From Octopus sinensis (Eukaryota), in contig NC_043005.1 of NCBI RefSeq assembly GCF_006345805.1, positions 85,374,001-85,438,000 on the forward strand: 64,000 nucleotides of DNA, written 5' to 3'. A model generated the notes under the pieces. That model was given only the letters and a program-made list of their open reading frames with translations. It did no database searches and was not told the DNA's origin. Both the position numbers and the translations under genes were made by a program. Shown in pieces: positions 13,764-24,970 of the stretch. Numbering within the stretch: the stretch's first letter is position 1; each line of letters opens with the position of its first letter.

Positions 13764-14810
13764 AGTATATATTTTGTATTTTTGATTTTTGATTTTGATT
13801 TTGACTCTTGAGCGCTACGATGGATTTTGATTCTGTTTCCAAGCTATGCGGATCTTAATCCGTATAGCAAAGTCTTATGTTTCTACATATATATTAGGAA
13901 AAACCTACAAACTTTGTTTTCATGTTATTGTATTGCATAGGATTACCTTGATTATTTATATTACCTTGATTATTTATAAATGACCCAAAATAGGATGTTA
14001 TATTTTATTTTATATGTCTTTCGTATATATATTTTTATTAATGCACCCATTTTTTAAAAGCAATTGTTTTTAAAAAAAAGCAATGTTGTCAAAATTAGAA
14101 TATTTATATAAGTATGTGTATAGCAAAGCATATGTTTTTGTAAGCATGCGTATCTGTGTATGTGTAAGTGAAAGTATGTTTGTGCTTAAGCGCACATATA
14201 CACGACGGTATGTATATGTATCCATTCAAACTTGTGTATGTATACTGGTCTCTATAGATGCCAATAACATCGGTACACTGCTTGTATACATAAGTTTTTT
14301 TTCCCACCCCTCCTTCGTTCCTTTTTCTCTCTCTCCCTTTCTTTCGTTCCCCCTCCTTGCTCAGTATATGAGAATTGCTACATAGATGAATTTTAGCTTG
14401 CGTGCGAGACGGTTTGCGTGAATATATGTACACATGCTTTTATGTGTATATTTAGATTCATATTCATACGTCTGTATATGTATGTATAGCGTTTACGCGC
14501 ATCCTTTTGTGTATGTTGATATATATATGTAGATTTTAATATAAATATGTATTGCAGTATTTATAACAGGTTTAATTTCTATGCATTAATTTGCACTGTC
14601 TTCATTAATGTCAATAGGTTTTTTCCTCGGATTTTATAATTTTTATAAGTTTTTTTATATATATATACATATATTTTTGACCTTTTTGTTTAACGCTCGA
14701 AGATTGACCATTTTTTCTAAAGGGCCAATCAAACAAGTCCATTTCTTTTTAAAGGTGTAGCGTTTGTAAGAGTATAGATTGAATTGATATATCAGTTCCA
14801 TTCTAGCAAA

Positions 14811-14850
14811 AACTGTCTGATGAACGGCAACGAGAAACTCAGAGTAACAG
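14811..14850 (+). ncRNA. Minimal type I hammerhead ribozyme motif (family C)
   Basis: CUGU-CUGAUGA-ACG(GCAA)CGA-GAAA-CUC(A)GAG-UA/ACAG. Stem I CUGU:ACAG, stem III ACUC-A-GAGU, GUA cleavage site. The base of stem II is an A.A mismatch. Confidence 0.7.
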
Positions 14851-14935
14851 ATTTTGTTGAATTTTCTGCTGCTTAAAATAAAGCATATTTGAGTACTCTT
14901 TTTTCCACCTTGTTTCACATTTATGTGTTTACTCC

Positions 14936-14986
<51 letters not shown>

Positions 14987-15144
14987 TGTAAAGCTCGAAA
15001 TGAAGAGTAGATAGATAGCTGACAACTGATGAAGGGTCCTTTTTCTGTGTTTACTTGTCCTGTTTTTACGTATTTCCTCTTGTTGCATAGTTGGTGACGT
15101 CCTGTACCCATATATGCATATATACATATACATATATATATATG

Positions 15145-15177
<33 letters not shown>

Positions 15178-15261
15178 ATACATACACATATATATACATA
15201 TTTATATATATATATATATAAATGCATGTATGCAGGTATATTTACATATATATATATATAC

Positions 15262-15310
<49 letters not shown>

Positions 15311-15393
15311 TAGAGAGAAGAAGGGACAGTGATTCAATTTTCTGCCGTATATTTAGAGTTGGACATAAAATATTTCTGTGCATGTCTCAACAG

Positions 15394-15461
15394 CTATTTG
15401 GAATTTTTACATTAGCTTTTGCTTATTGGTTTCAACGCGATCTTGGCGCAAGAGTAAATGG
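15394..15461 (+). CDS. Candidate internal exon (LFGIFTLAFAYWFQRDLGARVNG)
   Basis: CAG acceptor, GG|GTAATT donor, unique CpG-containing sequence, phase 0 to 2. Unidentified. Confidence 0.3.
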
Positions 15462-15831
15462 GTAATTACTATAAATATTGGATTCCTTGACCTCAGAAAA
15501 AAGAAATCATCATAATTGTCACCATCCTCCATTTTTTCCTTATCATCACCATCATCATAAAGTTTATCTCCATGATTTTCATTATTATTTAACGGTCATC
15601 ACATTATTAGCAAAATATATTAGTTACCACCTTGCGTATATCTACATCTTGTAATTTTTCAAAAAAAAATGTTCGTATTTGGTACAATATGGTTAAAAAA
15701 GAAATATACTAAGTTTCCAAAATGGACACCTGACTCACAAAAAGAAAAAATGGTTTCTCATAACCACTAGGATTTGATAAAAATGTAAAAATCAATACAC
15801 TGCAGCAGTGATATATTGATGTAACCGAAAT

Positions 15832-16567
15832 GATAGTACACCAGCTGTTTGAAATAATACTGTGCCAGGCATTGAGAATAAAAGTACACCAGATGCTTTA
15901 GATAATAGTGTGCCAGATGTTTAAAATAATAGTGTGCTAAATATTTAAAACAGTATGCCAGATGTTATAGACAATAGTACACCAGATGTTTAAAATAATA
16001 TGCCAGATTAGAAAATTACTGTTTTAAAATCTCACAACAAGAGATATTCCGCAACAGTACTTTGGAGTAAAGATTATTTGCCAACATAACATGGCAGTCC
16101 TGGTTTAGGATGAATGTTGCTGTAATTTAGCCCCAGGAGACGTCATCTCCAGCTGGCTATACAACATGATCTGTGTCCTTATATTCCCTTGTTTGAATAT
16201 ATAAACACACAGATCATGTCATATAGCCAGCTGGAGATGATGTCTCCTGGGGCTAAATTATAGCAACATTCATCCTAAACCAGGACTGTCATGTTATGTT
16301 AGCAAATAATCTTTACTCCAATACACCTTAAATATCCAGCTGGATATTTAAGGCAACAGTGCACTAGAGGTTAAAGATGGTAGTGCACAAGATGTTTAAA
16401 CTAATCGTATGCTAGATGTTTAAAATATGATATACACCAGATATTTAAGGTAATAGAACACCAAATGTTTATGATAATTTGTATACCAAATGTTTAAAAG
16501 CATATTATGACGAACATTTAAAAGAATGGTATGCCAGATGTTTAAGGTAATAGTACATCAGATAATA
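15832..16567. repeat. Degenerate 24-bp minisatellite (aatagtacaccagatgtttaaaat), interrupted by a family B element
   Basis: Units are visible on both sides of 16010-16320. Confidence 0.8.
16010..16320. mobile_element. Fold-back family B, copy 2
   Basis: Inverted arms of ~120 bp (about 16062-16180 and 16205-16320). The left arm carries an extra terminal tail. Confidence 0.85.
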
Positions 16568-16868
16568 CAGTTCTATATTTAAGAGATGAGGAATTATTTA
16601 CATTATTTACATTTGACGGATATTTGTCTTCATCTTATTTGTTGCTAACACAACGTTTCGGCTGATATACCCTCCAACCATCATCATCATCATCACCATC
16701 ACCACCACCACCACCATCACCATCACCATCATCCAGATCACTGCCTGGAATTGAACTCAGAATCTTGGGGTTAGTAGCCCGTGCTCTTAACCACTATGCC
16801 ATATGACCGTAGTAGTAGCGATAATAATAATAATAATAAAAATAATAATAATAATAACAATAATAATG

Positions 16869-16902
<34 letters not shown>

Positions 16903-17100
16903 TAATAATAATAATAATAATAATAACAACAACAACAACAACAGCATAAAAAAATACCTTGGGAATGAGAACCGAGGTTCAAAATTTTCCCAAGACACCT
17001 GATGAAGGCTGGTGGGTATATCAGATGAAATGTTGTGTTAACAACAAATGAGATGAGGACAAATATCCGTCAAATGTAAATAATGCAAATAATGTAAATA
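16568..17100. mobile_element. tRNA-head/(AAT)n/HHR family A, copy 1 (inverted dimer)
   Basis: Starts with 'cagttctatatttaagagatgagg'. Antisense tRNA-like head at 16735-16808, (AAT)n, degenerate sense HHR at 16994-17039. Confidence 0.85.
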
Positions 17101-17795
17101 AAGTAGTACATCAGTGCTTCCATCTGACAACTCATTTCTAACTATTAATTTGCATATCAGGATTGATGGGAATATTTGGAATAATTGAATGGAATAATTA
17201 AATGGTAAACAAAAAATGTAAAAAACAAATTCTTTGATGTAAAATTCCATAAGACACAGTGATTCAGTGGAAGCTAACATGAAAATATTGGTTCCTAATT
17301 AAAGCAGAAACTTGCAGTTTTGAGGAGAGGGGTTAGTGGATGCCATCAATCAAAATTTATTCGTTGATCCCACAAAGGATGAAAGACAAAGTTGCCCTTG
17401 GCAGAATTTGAACTCAGGATGCAAGAAGCCAGAAATTACAGAGAAATATCGAGAAATGATAAATGATGTTTCCAAAAATGTGGAAAGTAAAAAGTAAAAA
17501 GAAAATCCCCAAAGAAGATTCTTAACATTTTGGAAGATTGGGTTTGTTTTAGCAGACCTGATTTTGCTTGATTCCACCCCTGGAAGACATGAAAATGGGC
17601 AGCGATATGGTTTTGTGTTTCATTATCATCATCATTCAATGTTTTAAATCCAGGTTTTGTCCCCATTAGTGGGGGGTGGTCGGATCTACCTCAGTGCCAT
17701 AACTACTGAGGCAGGCAAGGGCAGCCCACTCCCGGCTTTGGGCTGGCTGGTGCCCATTCTCCCTTGCTGAAAATGACAATGTTTCTGTCAATTAG

Positions 17796-17846
17796 TGAGG
17801 CATATACAGAAAACTATGTGGCTGGCCATTTCAAAATCTTCAATGG
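17796..17846 (+). CDS. Candidate internal exon (EAYTENYVAGHFKIFNG)
   Basis: TAG acceptor, GG|GTAATT donor, 51 nt, phase 2 to 2, in frame with 15394-15461. Confidence 0.3.
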
Positions 17847-17974
17847 GTAATTGTCAAATAAAATTGGCGCCACTAAACCAGCAAATCATATTCAAAAGGT
17901 CAAAGGGTTAAGATCAGTTTAAACATCTGTTAAGTATTTATAAAACTACACAAGCAGCTTATACTAAACAAGGG

Positions 17975-18140
17975 TGCAGGTAGCTGTGTGTTAAGTAGCT
18001 TGCTTACCAATCACTTGGTTCCAGGTTCAGTCCCACTGTGTGGCGCCTTGGGCATGTGTCTTCTACTATAGCCTCGGGCCAACCAAAGCCTTGTGAGTGG
18101 ATTTGGCAGACAGAAACTGAAAGAGCCCATCGTATATATA
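17975..18140 (+). mobile_element. CORE-like SINE head
   Basis: 'gtagctgtgtgttaagtagcttgcttacc...ggttcagtcccactgtgtggcgccttgggcatgtgtc'. Confidence 0.8.
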
Positions 18141-18544
18141 TGTATGTGTGTGTGTGTGTGTGCGTGTGTGTGTGTTCCTTGAGATATGTAATTTATTTTA
18201 AGAGTTATGCAAGGGTTGAAAGGTTGAGAAACACTGCCCCAGGCCAACCAAAACCTTGGGAGTGAATTTGGTAGATGTGTGTGTGTGTGTGTGTGTGTGA
18301 GTGTGTAAATACATGTGCGTGTCTGAGAGTGTGTGAGTGTGTGTGCGAGTATGTGAGTGTGTGTGTATTCATGTCTAGACATCATGTGATAGTTGTATAC
18401 GAACACCATGAATATGTTGCAAAATAACCTTCTTGGATATTCGAGCATTACATGAATTTCTGAAACCCATCCATGCTTCGGCAGTTTAAGAACAAGATTC
18501 AGATATTACTTTTTTGCTAAACAGAAGAGAAGCCAGATCATATC

Positions 18545-18990
18545 ATCCTCATCGTCGTCATCATCATCATCTTCCTTTAACGTCCACTTTCCATGTTGAC
18601 ATGGGTTGGATGGTTTGACTGAGAGCTGGTGAACCAGAAGGCTGCACCAGGCTCCAATCTGATCTGGCAGTGTTTTTACAGCTGGATGCCCTTCCTATCA
18701 CCAACCACTCCAAAAGTGTAGTGGGTTTTTTTCATATGCCACCAGCATGGGGGCCAGTCAGGCAGTACTGGCATTGACCATGCTTGAATGCTGCTTTTTA
18801 TGTGCCACTGGCACAGGAGCCAGTCTAGGCGGTACTGGAATGAATCACTCTCGAATGGTGCTTTTTACATGCTACCAGCATGGGAGCCAGTCAGGTGGCA
18901 CTGACATTTACCACGCTTGAATGGTGCTTTTTACATGCCACCAGCATGGGAGCCAGTCAGCACGAATGGTACTTTTTACGTGCCATCTCC
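18545..18990 (-). mobile_element. RTE 3' UTR with ~45-bp tandem subrepeats
   Basis: 'gaatggtgctttttacatgccaccagcatgggagccagtcag' about four times, after a (cat)n tail. Confidence 0.75.
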
Positions 18991-19355
18991 TGAACCAAAA
19001 TCTTAATTACACCACACATAAGTAGCAGCTCCCTGCCCCGTATTTTAAATAGCATATGATGCTCTTTTTAGCACAATACCAACTAGAGACAGGACTGACT
19101 GGTAAAAAAAGAGATATCGGTTGAACATTCTTATTAAGCAATTACAGCATGAGACACATGTATTAGTCATTCAAAAACATACCAACTTCACTTAAATATT
19201 TAATTTTCGTCTCACCAACACTGACCTAGCGACTGACATGACTTCAATGTTTAAGCAAAGTTAACAGTCTTTGAGTGTCTCGGAAAGGCTAATGTATGTC
19301 TTCCACACAATAATTCTTTTAGTTTCAAGACATGGTCTGAGATCAAATCACTTAC

Positions 19356-19415
19356 AAGATCGTGACGTCTCTGAAATTCTTATCAAGTCTTCCATTAGAA
19401 ATGTATGCATTGCAT
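19356..19415 (-). CDS. Candidate internal exon (DAMHTFLMEDLIRISETSRS)
   Basis: Minus-strand CAG acceptor, T|GTAAGT donor, 60 nt, open frame. Unidentified. Confidence 0.3.
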
Positions 19416-19607
19416 CTGGATTTAGTAAGATAACAGAGTAACAGTGTTTGCAGGTTAGGTTGGGAGGAAGATGAGAAGAAATAAAATAGGATAGAATAAA
19501 ATCAAATGAAATAAGATAGAATAAAATAGAATAAAGTGGGGAAATGAAATAAAGTAAAATAAAATGAAACAACATACAGTAGAGTTAGCGGAGTAGAAGG
19601 TTTAATT

Positions 19608-19855
19608 TAAAGGTGGCGAGCTGGCAGAAACGTTAGCAGCCCGGGCGAAATACTTAGCGGTATTTCGTCTGTCTATATGTTCTGAGTTCAAATTCCTCCG
19701 AGGTCGACTTTGCCTTTCATCCTTTCGGGGTCAATAAATTAAGGACCAGTTATGCACTGGGGTCGATGTAATCGATTTAATCCCTTTGTTTGTCTTTGTT
19801 TATCTCTGTGTTTATCTCTGTGTTTGGCCCCTTGTGGGCAATAAATAAATAAGAA
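19608..19855 (+). mobile_element. Nin/Deu-like SINE, full length
   Basis: 'ggtggcgagctggcagaaacgttagc...gagttcaaattcc...gcctttcatcctttcggggtc...aataaataaat'. Confidence 0.85.
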
Positions 19856-19984
19856 GGTTTAATTTTCTATAAAAATTTGGTGGATATAAATTTATTTTTT
19901 TAAAGATCATGGCTTTAACCATTTAGCATTTAGAATATTCTATCAAATGTTCTGATTATTCATCTTGTTTTGAATTAATCCATT

Positions 19985-20418
19985 GCTAGTGGAGCGCTAA
20001 GAGTACCATACGAGTGTGATCGTTACCAGAGCAACAAGCTGGCCTTCATGCCGATGCCACGTTAAAAGCACCATTCAAGTGTGATCGTTACTAGCACTTG
20101 TGCTGGTGGCACGTGAAAAACATTCGAGCGAGGTCGTTGCCAGTGCCGCTGGACTGGCTCCTGTGCAGGTGACACATAAAAAGCACCATTTGAGCATGGT
20201 CATTGCCAGTACCACCTAACTGGCCCTTGTGTCGGTGGCATGTAAAAGCACCCACTACACTCTCAGAGTGGTTGGTGTTAGGAAGGGCATTCAGCTGTAG
20301 AAACTCTGCCAGATCAGATTTGAGTCTGGTGCAGCCATCTGGTTCACCAGACCTCAGTCAAATCGTCCAACCCATGCTATCATGGAAAGCAGACGTTAAA
20401 CGATGATGATGATGATGA
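19985..20418 (+). mobile_element. RTE 3' UTR fragment
   Basis: Subrepeats, then 'cccatgctatcatggaaagcagacgttaaacgatgatgatg'. Confidence 0.8.
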
Positions 20419-20739
20419 ATATCTTGTTGCTAAGAGACTGTGATGATGTAATTGTCAATTTGTTGAATGACATTGTAGGGCAGGTGTGAGAGTCCAGATC
20501 CATCCTATTTGAACACAAAACAGTAGGACTATTCTGGCCAGATGTGGTCAGTTTAAACGCTAAAGGGTTAAAGGTTTGTGGATATAAGTTTTAAAAGTTG
20601 TAAAGCTTATTTTATTCAACTTCAACCAGATTATTTGAGATGCACCAACACAATAAATCTGATATCATCTCGTTTTATGATTTGGTTATAAAAAAAAAGA
20701 AAAAAAAAGAAAGAAATGGAAATTTTACCCATGCGGGTC

Positions 20740-21075
20740 ATCATCATCATCATCATCATCATCGCTTAACGTCCATTTTCCATGCTAGCATAGGTTGGAC
20801 GGTTCGACCGGGGTCTAGGAAGCCAGGAAGCTGCACCAGGCTCCAGTCTGATCTGGCAGTGTTTCTATAGCTGGATACCCTTTCTAACGCCAACCACTCT
20901 GTGAGTGTAGTGGGTACTTTTTATGTGCTACCGGCACGGAGGCCAGTTGAGGCAGCGCTGGCAATGGCCACGTTCGGATGGTGCTTTTTACGTGCCACCG
21001 GCACAGGAATTACTACTACAATTTCCATTGATTGTTTGATCGATTGCGATTTTACTTGCCTCAACAGGTCTTTGC
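20740..21075 (-). mobile_element. RTE 3' UTR fragment
   Basis: (cat)n 'cgcttaacgtccattttccatgctagcat...acttgcctcaacaggtctt'. Confidence 0.8.
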
Positions 21076-21934
21076 AAGAAGATCAACAGGTCTTATTGAA
21101 TTATAAGATGCTAAAAGAGAATGACTCTCCCTAGACACAACAGAATCTAATATTATTTTTTGGCACGGAAAACAAAATCCATGAAGTGTTGTAGAGATCA
21201 GCTTCTTTGTAGAAGTTAACATTCAAAATTATTGCAAACGCACAACATCTCTGGTGAAATTGTCCTAAATCTACAACAAAGCTAAGCAGATTAAGCATTT
21301 GCTCTCACACTCATAATCTCTGACCTGATTAGATATATCAGTAATTTTTGTAAAAACCTGGGATTTTAGGTAAAAGGGAAGGAAAACTGAGACGACGATT
21401 TTATGTGTTCTGTAAATTGAATTCGGTAAAAAGAACACAAAACTTTATTGAAAAAAAATTCTAAAACTGTGAAAATAAAATAAACATTATTGAAATTGAA
21501 GATGTATACCAGTGTTCTGACTGTGGCCATCGTGGGGCACAACCTTCAAGGGTTTAGTCAAACAAATTGCCCCCCCCCCCCCCACCACCACCATAAGAAA
21601 GCCTGGTACTTGTTCTCTTGGTTTCTTTTAATGAACTGCTAGGTTACAGAAACATAAACAAACCCAGACCACTTATCAAAAAATAATAGATAAACACACA
21701 CACACACATATGGCACAGGTTTCTTCTAGTTTCCGCCTTGAAAACCCAATCACAGGGGTTTGGGTGGTCCAAGGTTATAGTAGAAAACACCTGCCAAAGG
21801 TGCCATTCTGTGGGATTGAACCAAAATCCATGATGTTTGGAAGCAAATATCTTACCACAGTTGCACCTGCACCTATTACATGTATAACAGGTATGTTGTA
21901 CTTGAGGTGCATGGCTCAAGTGGTTAGATGTGAA

Positions 21935-22262
21935 GGTGCATGGCTCAGTGGTTAGAGTGTCGAGCTTACGATAGTGAGGTCGTGAGTTCGAATCCTGGAC
22001 CGGGCTGCATGTTGTGTTCTTGAGCAAGGCACTTTATTTCACGTTGCTCCAGTTAACTCAGCTGTAGAAATGAGTTGTGACGTCACTGGTGCCAAGCTGT
22101 ATCGGCATTTGCCTTTCCATTGGATAACATCAGTGGTATGGAGAGGGGAAGCTGGTATGCATAAGTGACTGCTGGCCTTCCATAAACAATCTTGCCCAGA
22201 CTTGTGCCTGGGAGGGTAACTTTCTAGGTGCAATCCCATGGTCATTTATGACCAAGGGGGGG
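21935..22262 (+). mobile_element. tRNA-derived SINE (OR/OK-like)
   Basis: A box 'tggctcagtgg', B box 'gttcgaatcc', CORE-like 'ttgagcaaggcactttatttcac'. The head is partly duplicated at 21905-21935. Confidence 0.75.
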
Positions 22263-22394
22263 GGTCTCCTCCTGTACTTGAGGCAATGTACTTCCATTGT
22301 TATTCTCCACTTGCTCTTTGAGAAGATATATAAGAATCATGAAATAACACCGCATTCCATGGCATTGAATCCTCTCCCTACTTTACCGCTATTT

Positions 22395-22810
22395 CATCAT
22401 CATCATTATTGTTTAACGTCTGCTTTCCATGCTGGCATGGGTTGAACAATTTGACTGAGGACTAGTAAGCTGGAGAGCTGCACCAGGTTCTGATTTGATT
22501 CAGCAAGGTTTCTATGGCTGGATGCACTTCCTAATGCCAACTACTCTGAGAGTTTAGTGGGTGCTTTTTACATGCCACCAGCACAGGGCCCAGTCAGGTA
22601 GAACTGGCATTGACCATGCTTGAATGGTATATTTTATGTGCAGCCGGCACTGGCATCATCCATGCTCAAATGGTACTTTTTATGTGCTCCTGGCACAAGA
22701 ACCAGTCAAGTGGTACTGGCATCGACCATGCATGAATGGTGCTTTTTACATACCACCGGCATGGGTGCCACTCGGGTAGCATTGGCATCAGCCAAGATGA
22801 GCAGAGATAA
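22395..22810 (-). mobile_element. RTE 3' UTR fragment
   Basis: Same family as 18545. Confidence 0.75.
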
Positions 22811-22838
22811 CTGAATAGGTTACAATAATGACACTGTA

Positions 22839-22973
22839 CAGTTCTATATTTAAGAAATGAGGAATTATGTACATTATTTAGATTTGATGGATATTTGCCC
22901 ATGGGCATATGGTGTAGTGGTTAAGAGTGCAGGCTACTAACCCCAAGATTCTGAGTTCGATTCCAAGCAGTGA

Positions 22974-23015
<42 letters not shown>

Positions 23016-23173
23016 CAACAACATCGAAAAATACCTTAGGAATGAGAACCCAGGTTCAAAATTTCCCCAAGACACCTGATGAAGGCTGGAGGGTATATCA
23101 GCTGAAACGTTGCGTTAACAACAAACAAGATGAGGACAAATATCCATCAAATGTAAATAATGTAAATAATGTA
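22839..23173 (+). mobile_element. tRNA-head/(AAT)n/HHR family A, copy 2, with 12-bp TSD
   Basis: TSD AATGACACTGTA at 22827-22838 and 23174-23185. Short antisense tail, tRNA-like head 22880-22978, (AAT)n, HHR 23071-23116. Confidence 0.9.
23071..23116 (+). ncRNA. Minimal type I hammerhead (family A)
   Basis: GACAC-CUGAUGA-A-GGCUG(10 nt)CAGCU-GAAA-CG-UU/GCGUU. Core intact; one stem I mismatch. Confidence 0.8.
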
Positions 23174-24019
23174 AATGACACTGTATCTGCACACATGGAA
23201 TTGAAGTTAATTTGTTTAGAATGTTGGAATATTTTATGCAGCTCATCAGAAAGAAATCGGATAAAATATTTCCTTTTTTCTCACGGAATTTTTCTGACTG
23301 ACATATTTCCAAAATGGAAAGCTTTTAATTTTTTTCATGTTGGTTCTTATTTATATACTAATTGGTATTTTTTCTTTTTACATATTTTTTCAACGTTATA
23401 GAGAAAAAATGCCAAAAGTATACATAAAAAATAAATAAAGAAACGACGAAAAATATAAAATTTTAAAACAAAAATGGGAATAATAAATTAAAAATGTACT
23501 TGTAAAATAAATAAATAAATAAATAATATAATTTAATGCTACCTCCATGGTTAACCTTGCCAAATTATCCATTGGAAAAGTGGATTATTTGAACTTTTAT
23601 GACACATAATCTATATTTAGTTAAACATGGCAGAAAATAAAGTAAAATAAAGTAAAGTAAAAACAACAAATGAAAAGGAAAGAAAAGACACAGAGCAAAC
23701 CACTGACTAGACACAAGGTGCCAGGTCGGTTAGGTAGATCAGTGAGATCAAGTGGCAGCTTCGGTTGTTCTGAGGAATGAATCAATATTAATATTTTTTG
23801 AAGATCATCTTTTAAAAGATGATACGCAAAGAGATGGATGTTCCTGTAGCTTCCTCTGTCTGTTTCTGTATACAAGGGGGGAAGGGTGGAGAGAGAGAGA
23901 GAGAGAGCATGTGTATGTGTGTGTACATATGTATGCAGGCATGTATGTATGTGTATATTTGTATGTGTATATGTGTGTGTGCATGTGTGTGTATATATAT
24001 ATATATATATATGTATAGA

Positions 24020-24244
24020 GAGAGAGAGAGAGATGTGTATATATATGTTTATCTCTCTCCCACCAGATGTAGTACTTTCTTTGTTGATCTTACCATCACA
24101 GAAGAGTAATTATATATATATATGTGTGTGTGTGTATGTATGTCTAATATATATACATATGATGTACTGTTCTGTGATGGTAACATCAACAAAGAAAGTA
24201 CTCCATCTAGTGAGAGATAAACATATATACACACATCTCTCTCC

Positions 24245-24255
<11 letters not shown>
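24020..24255. repeat. Fold-back inverted repeat (~85 bp arms)
   Basis: 'gtttatctctc..cagatgtagtactttcttgttgatcttaccatcacagaa' is inverted as 'ttctgtgatggtaacatcaacaaagaaagtactccatctagtgagagataaac'. Confidence 0.8.
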
Positions 24256-24278
<23 letters not shown>

Positions 24279-24869
24279 GTATGTATACACATGTACATAC
24301 ACATATACACACACACACATATACACATTCATACATACATATGTACACGCACACATATATATCTATATACACATACATATATATATACACATATATATGT
24401 ATATGTGTTTGTATATATATATATATCATCATCATCATCGTTTAACATCTGCTGCTGCTGCTGCTGATGATGATATATATATTGATGAGGATGATATATA
24501 CTGAGATAGATACATAGATAGATTGATAGATAGACAGATAGGTAGATAAATAGATAGAGAGAGATGCAACATCAAAGCGACACCAATAGAGATGAAGAGA
24601 AAAAGGGTGAAAGAGATATTAAGTGAAGGAAAAATGAAGAATTTGAAAGTACTTTGAGAAACCAGAGCCAGGAGTTGTAATTGAGAGCCTTGTGGAGGAT
24701 GTTAGTAGGTTACAGGGATTTGATGACAAGAACGGTTAGATGAGACGAAGTGAGTGGTTTGTACAGAGACAATTCATAGCAGTTGTTAAATAATGAATAT
24801 CTTGTTCAATGTTTATCAATGATGTAATGTGAATTTACTTTGCTACTGTCTCACTGCTGAGAGTTGTAG

Positions 24870-24900
24870 CAGGATCAAAGATCATATTCCAGGTTTTCAG
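24870..24900 (+). CDS. Candidate internal exon (RIKDHIPGFQ)
   Basis: TAG acceptor, strong CAG|GTAAGT donor, phase 2 to 0, in frame with 17796-17846. Confidence 0.3.
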
Positions 24901-24970
24901 GTAAGTAAACAGGTGATGATAAGATGTTCATACATTTGTATATCTAGGTTGCGTATGTGTGTATATATAT

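Noticed and set aside
14985-15055. GAAA upstream of CUGAUGA (possible type II hammerhead)
   Set aside because: Stems need several wobbles, mismatches and a bulge; not supportable from one copy.
18740-18990. ~45-bp periodic repeats resembling a CRISPR array
   Set aside because: Degenerate tandem subrepeats of an RTE 3' UTR, with no unique spacers, in a eukaryotic context.
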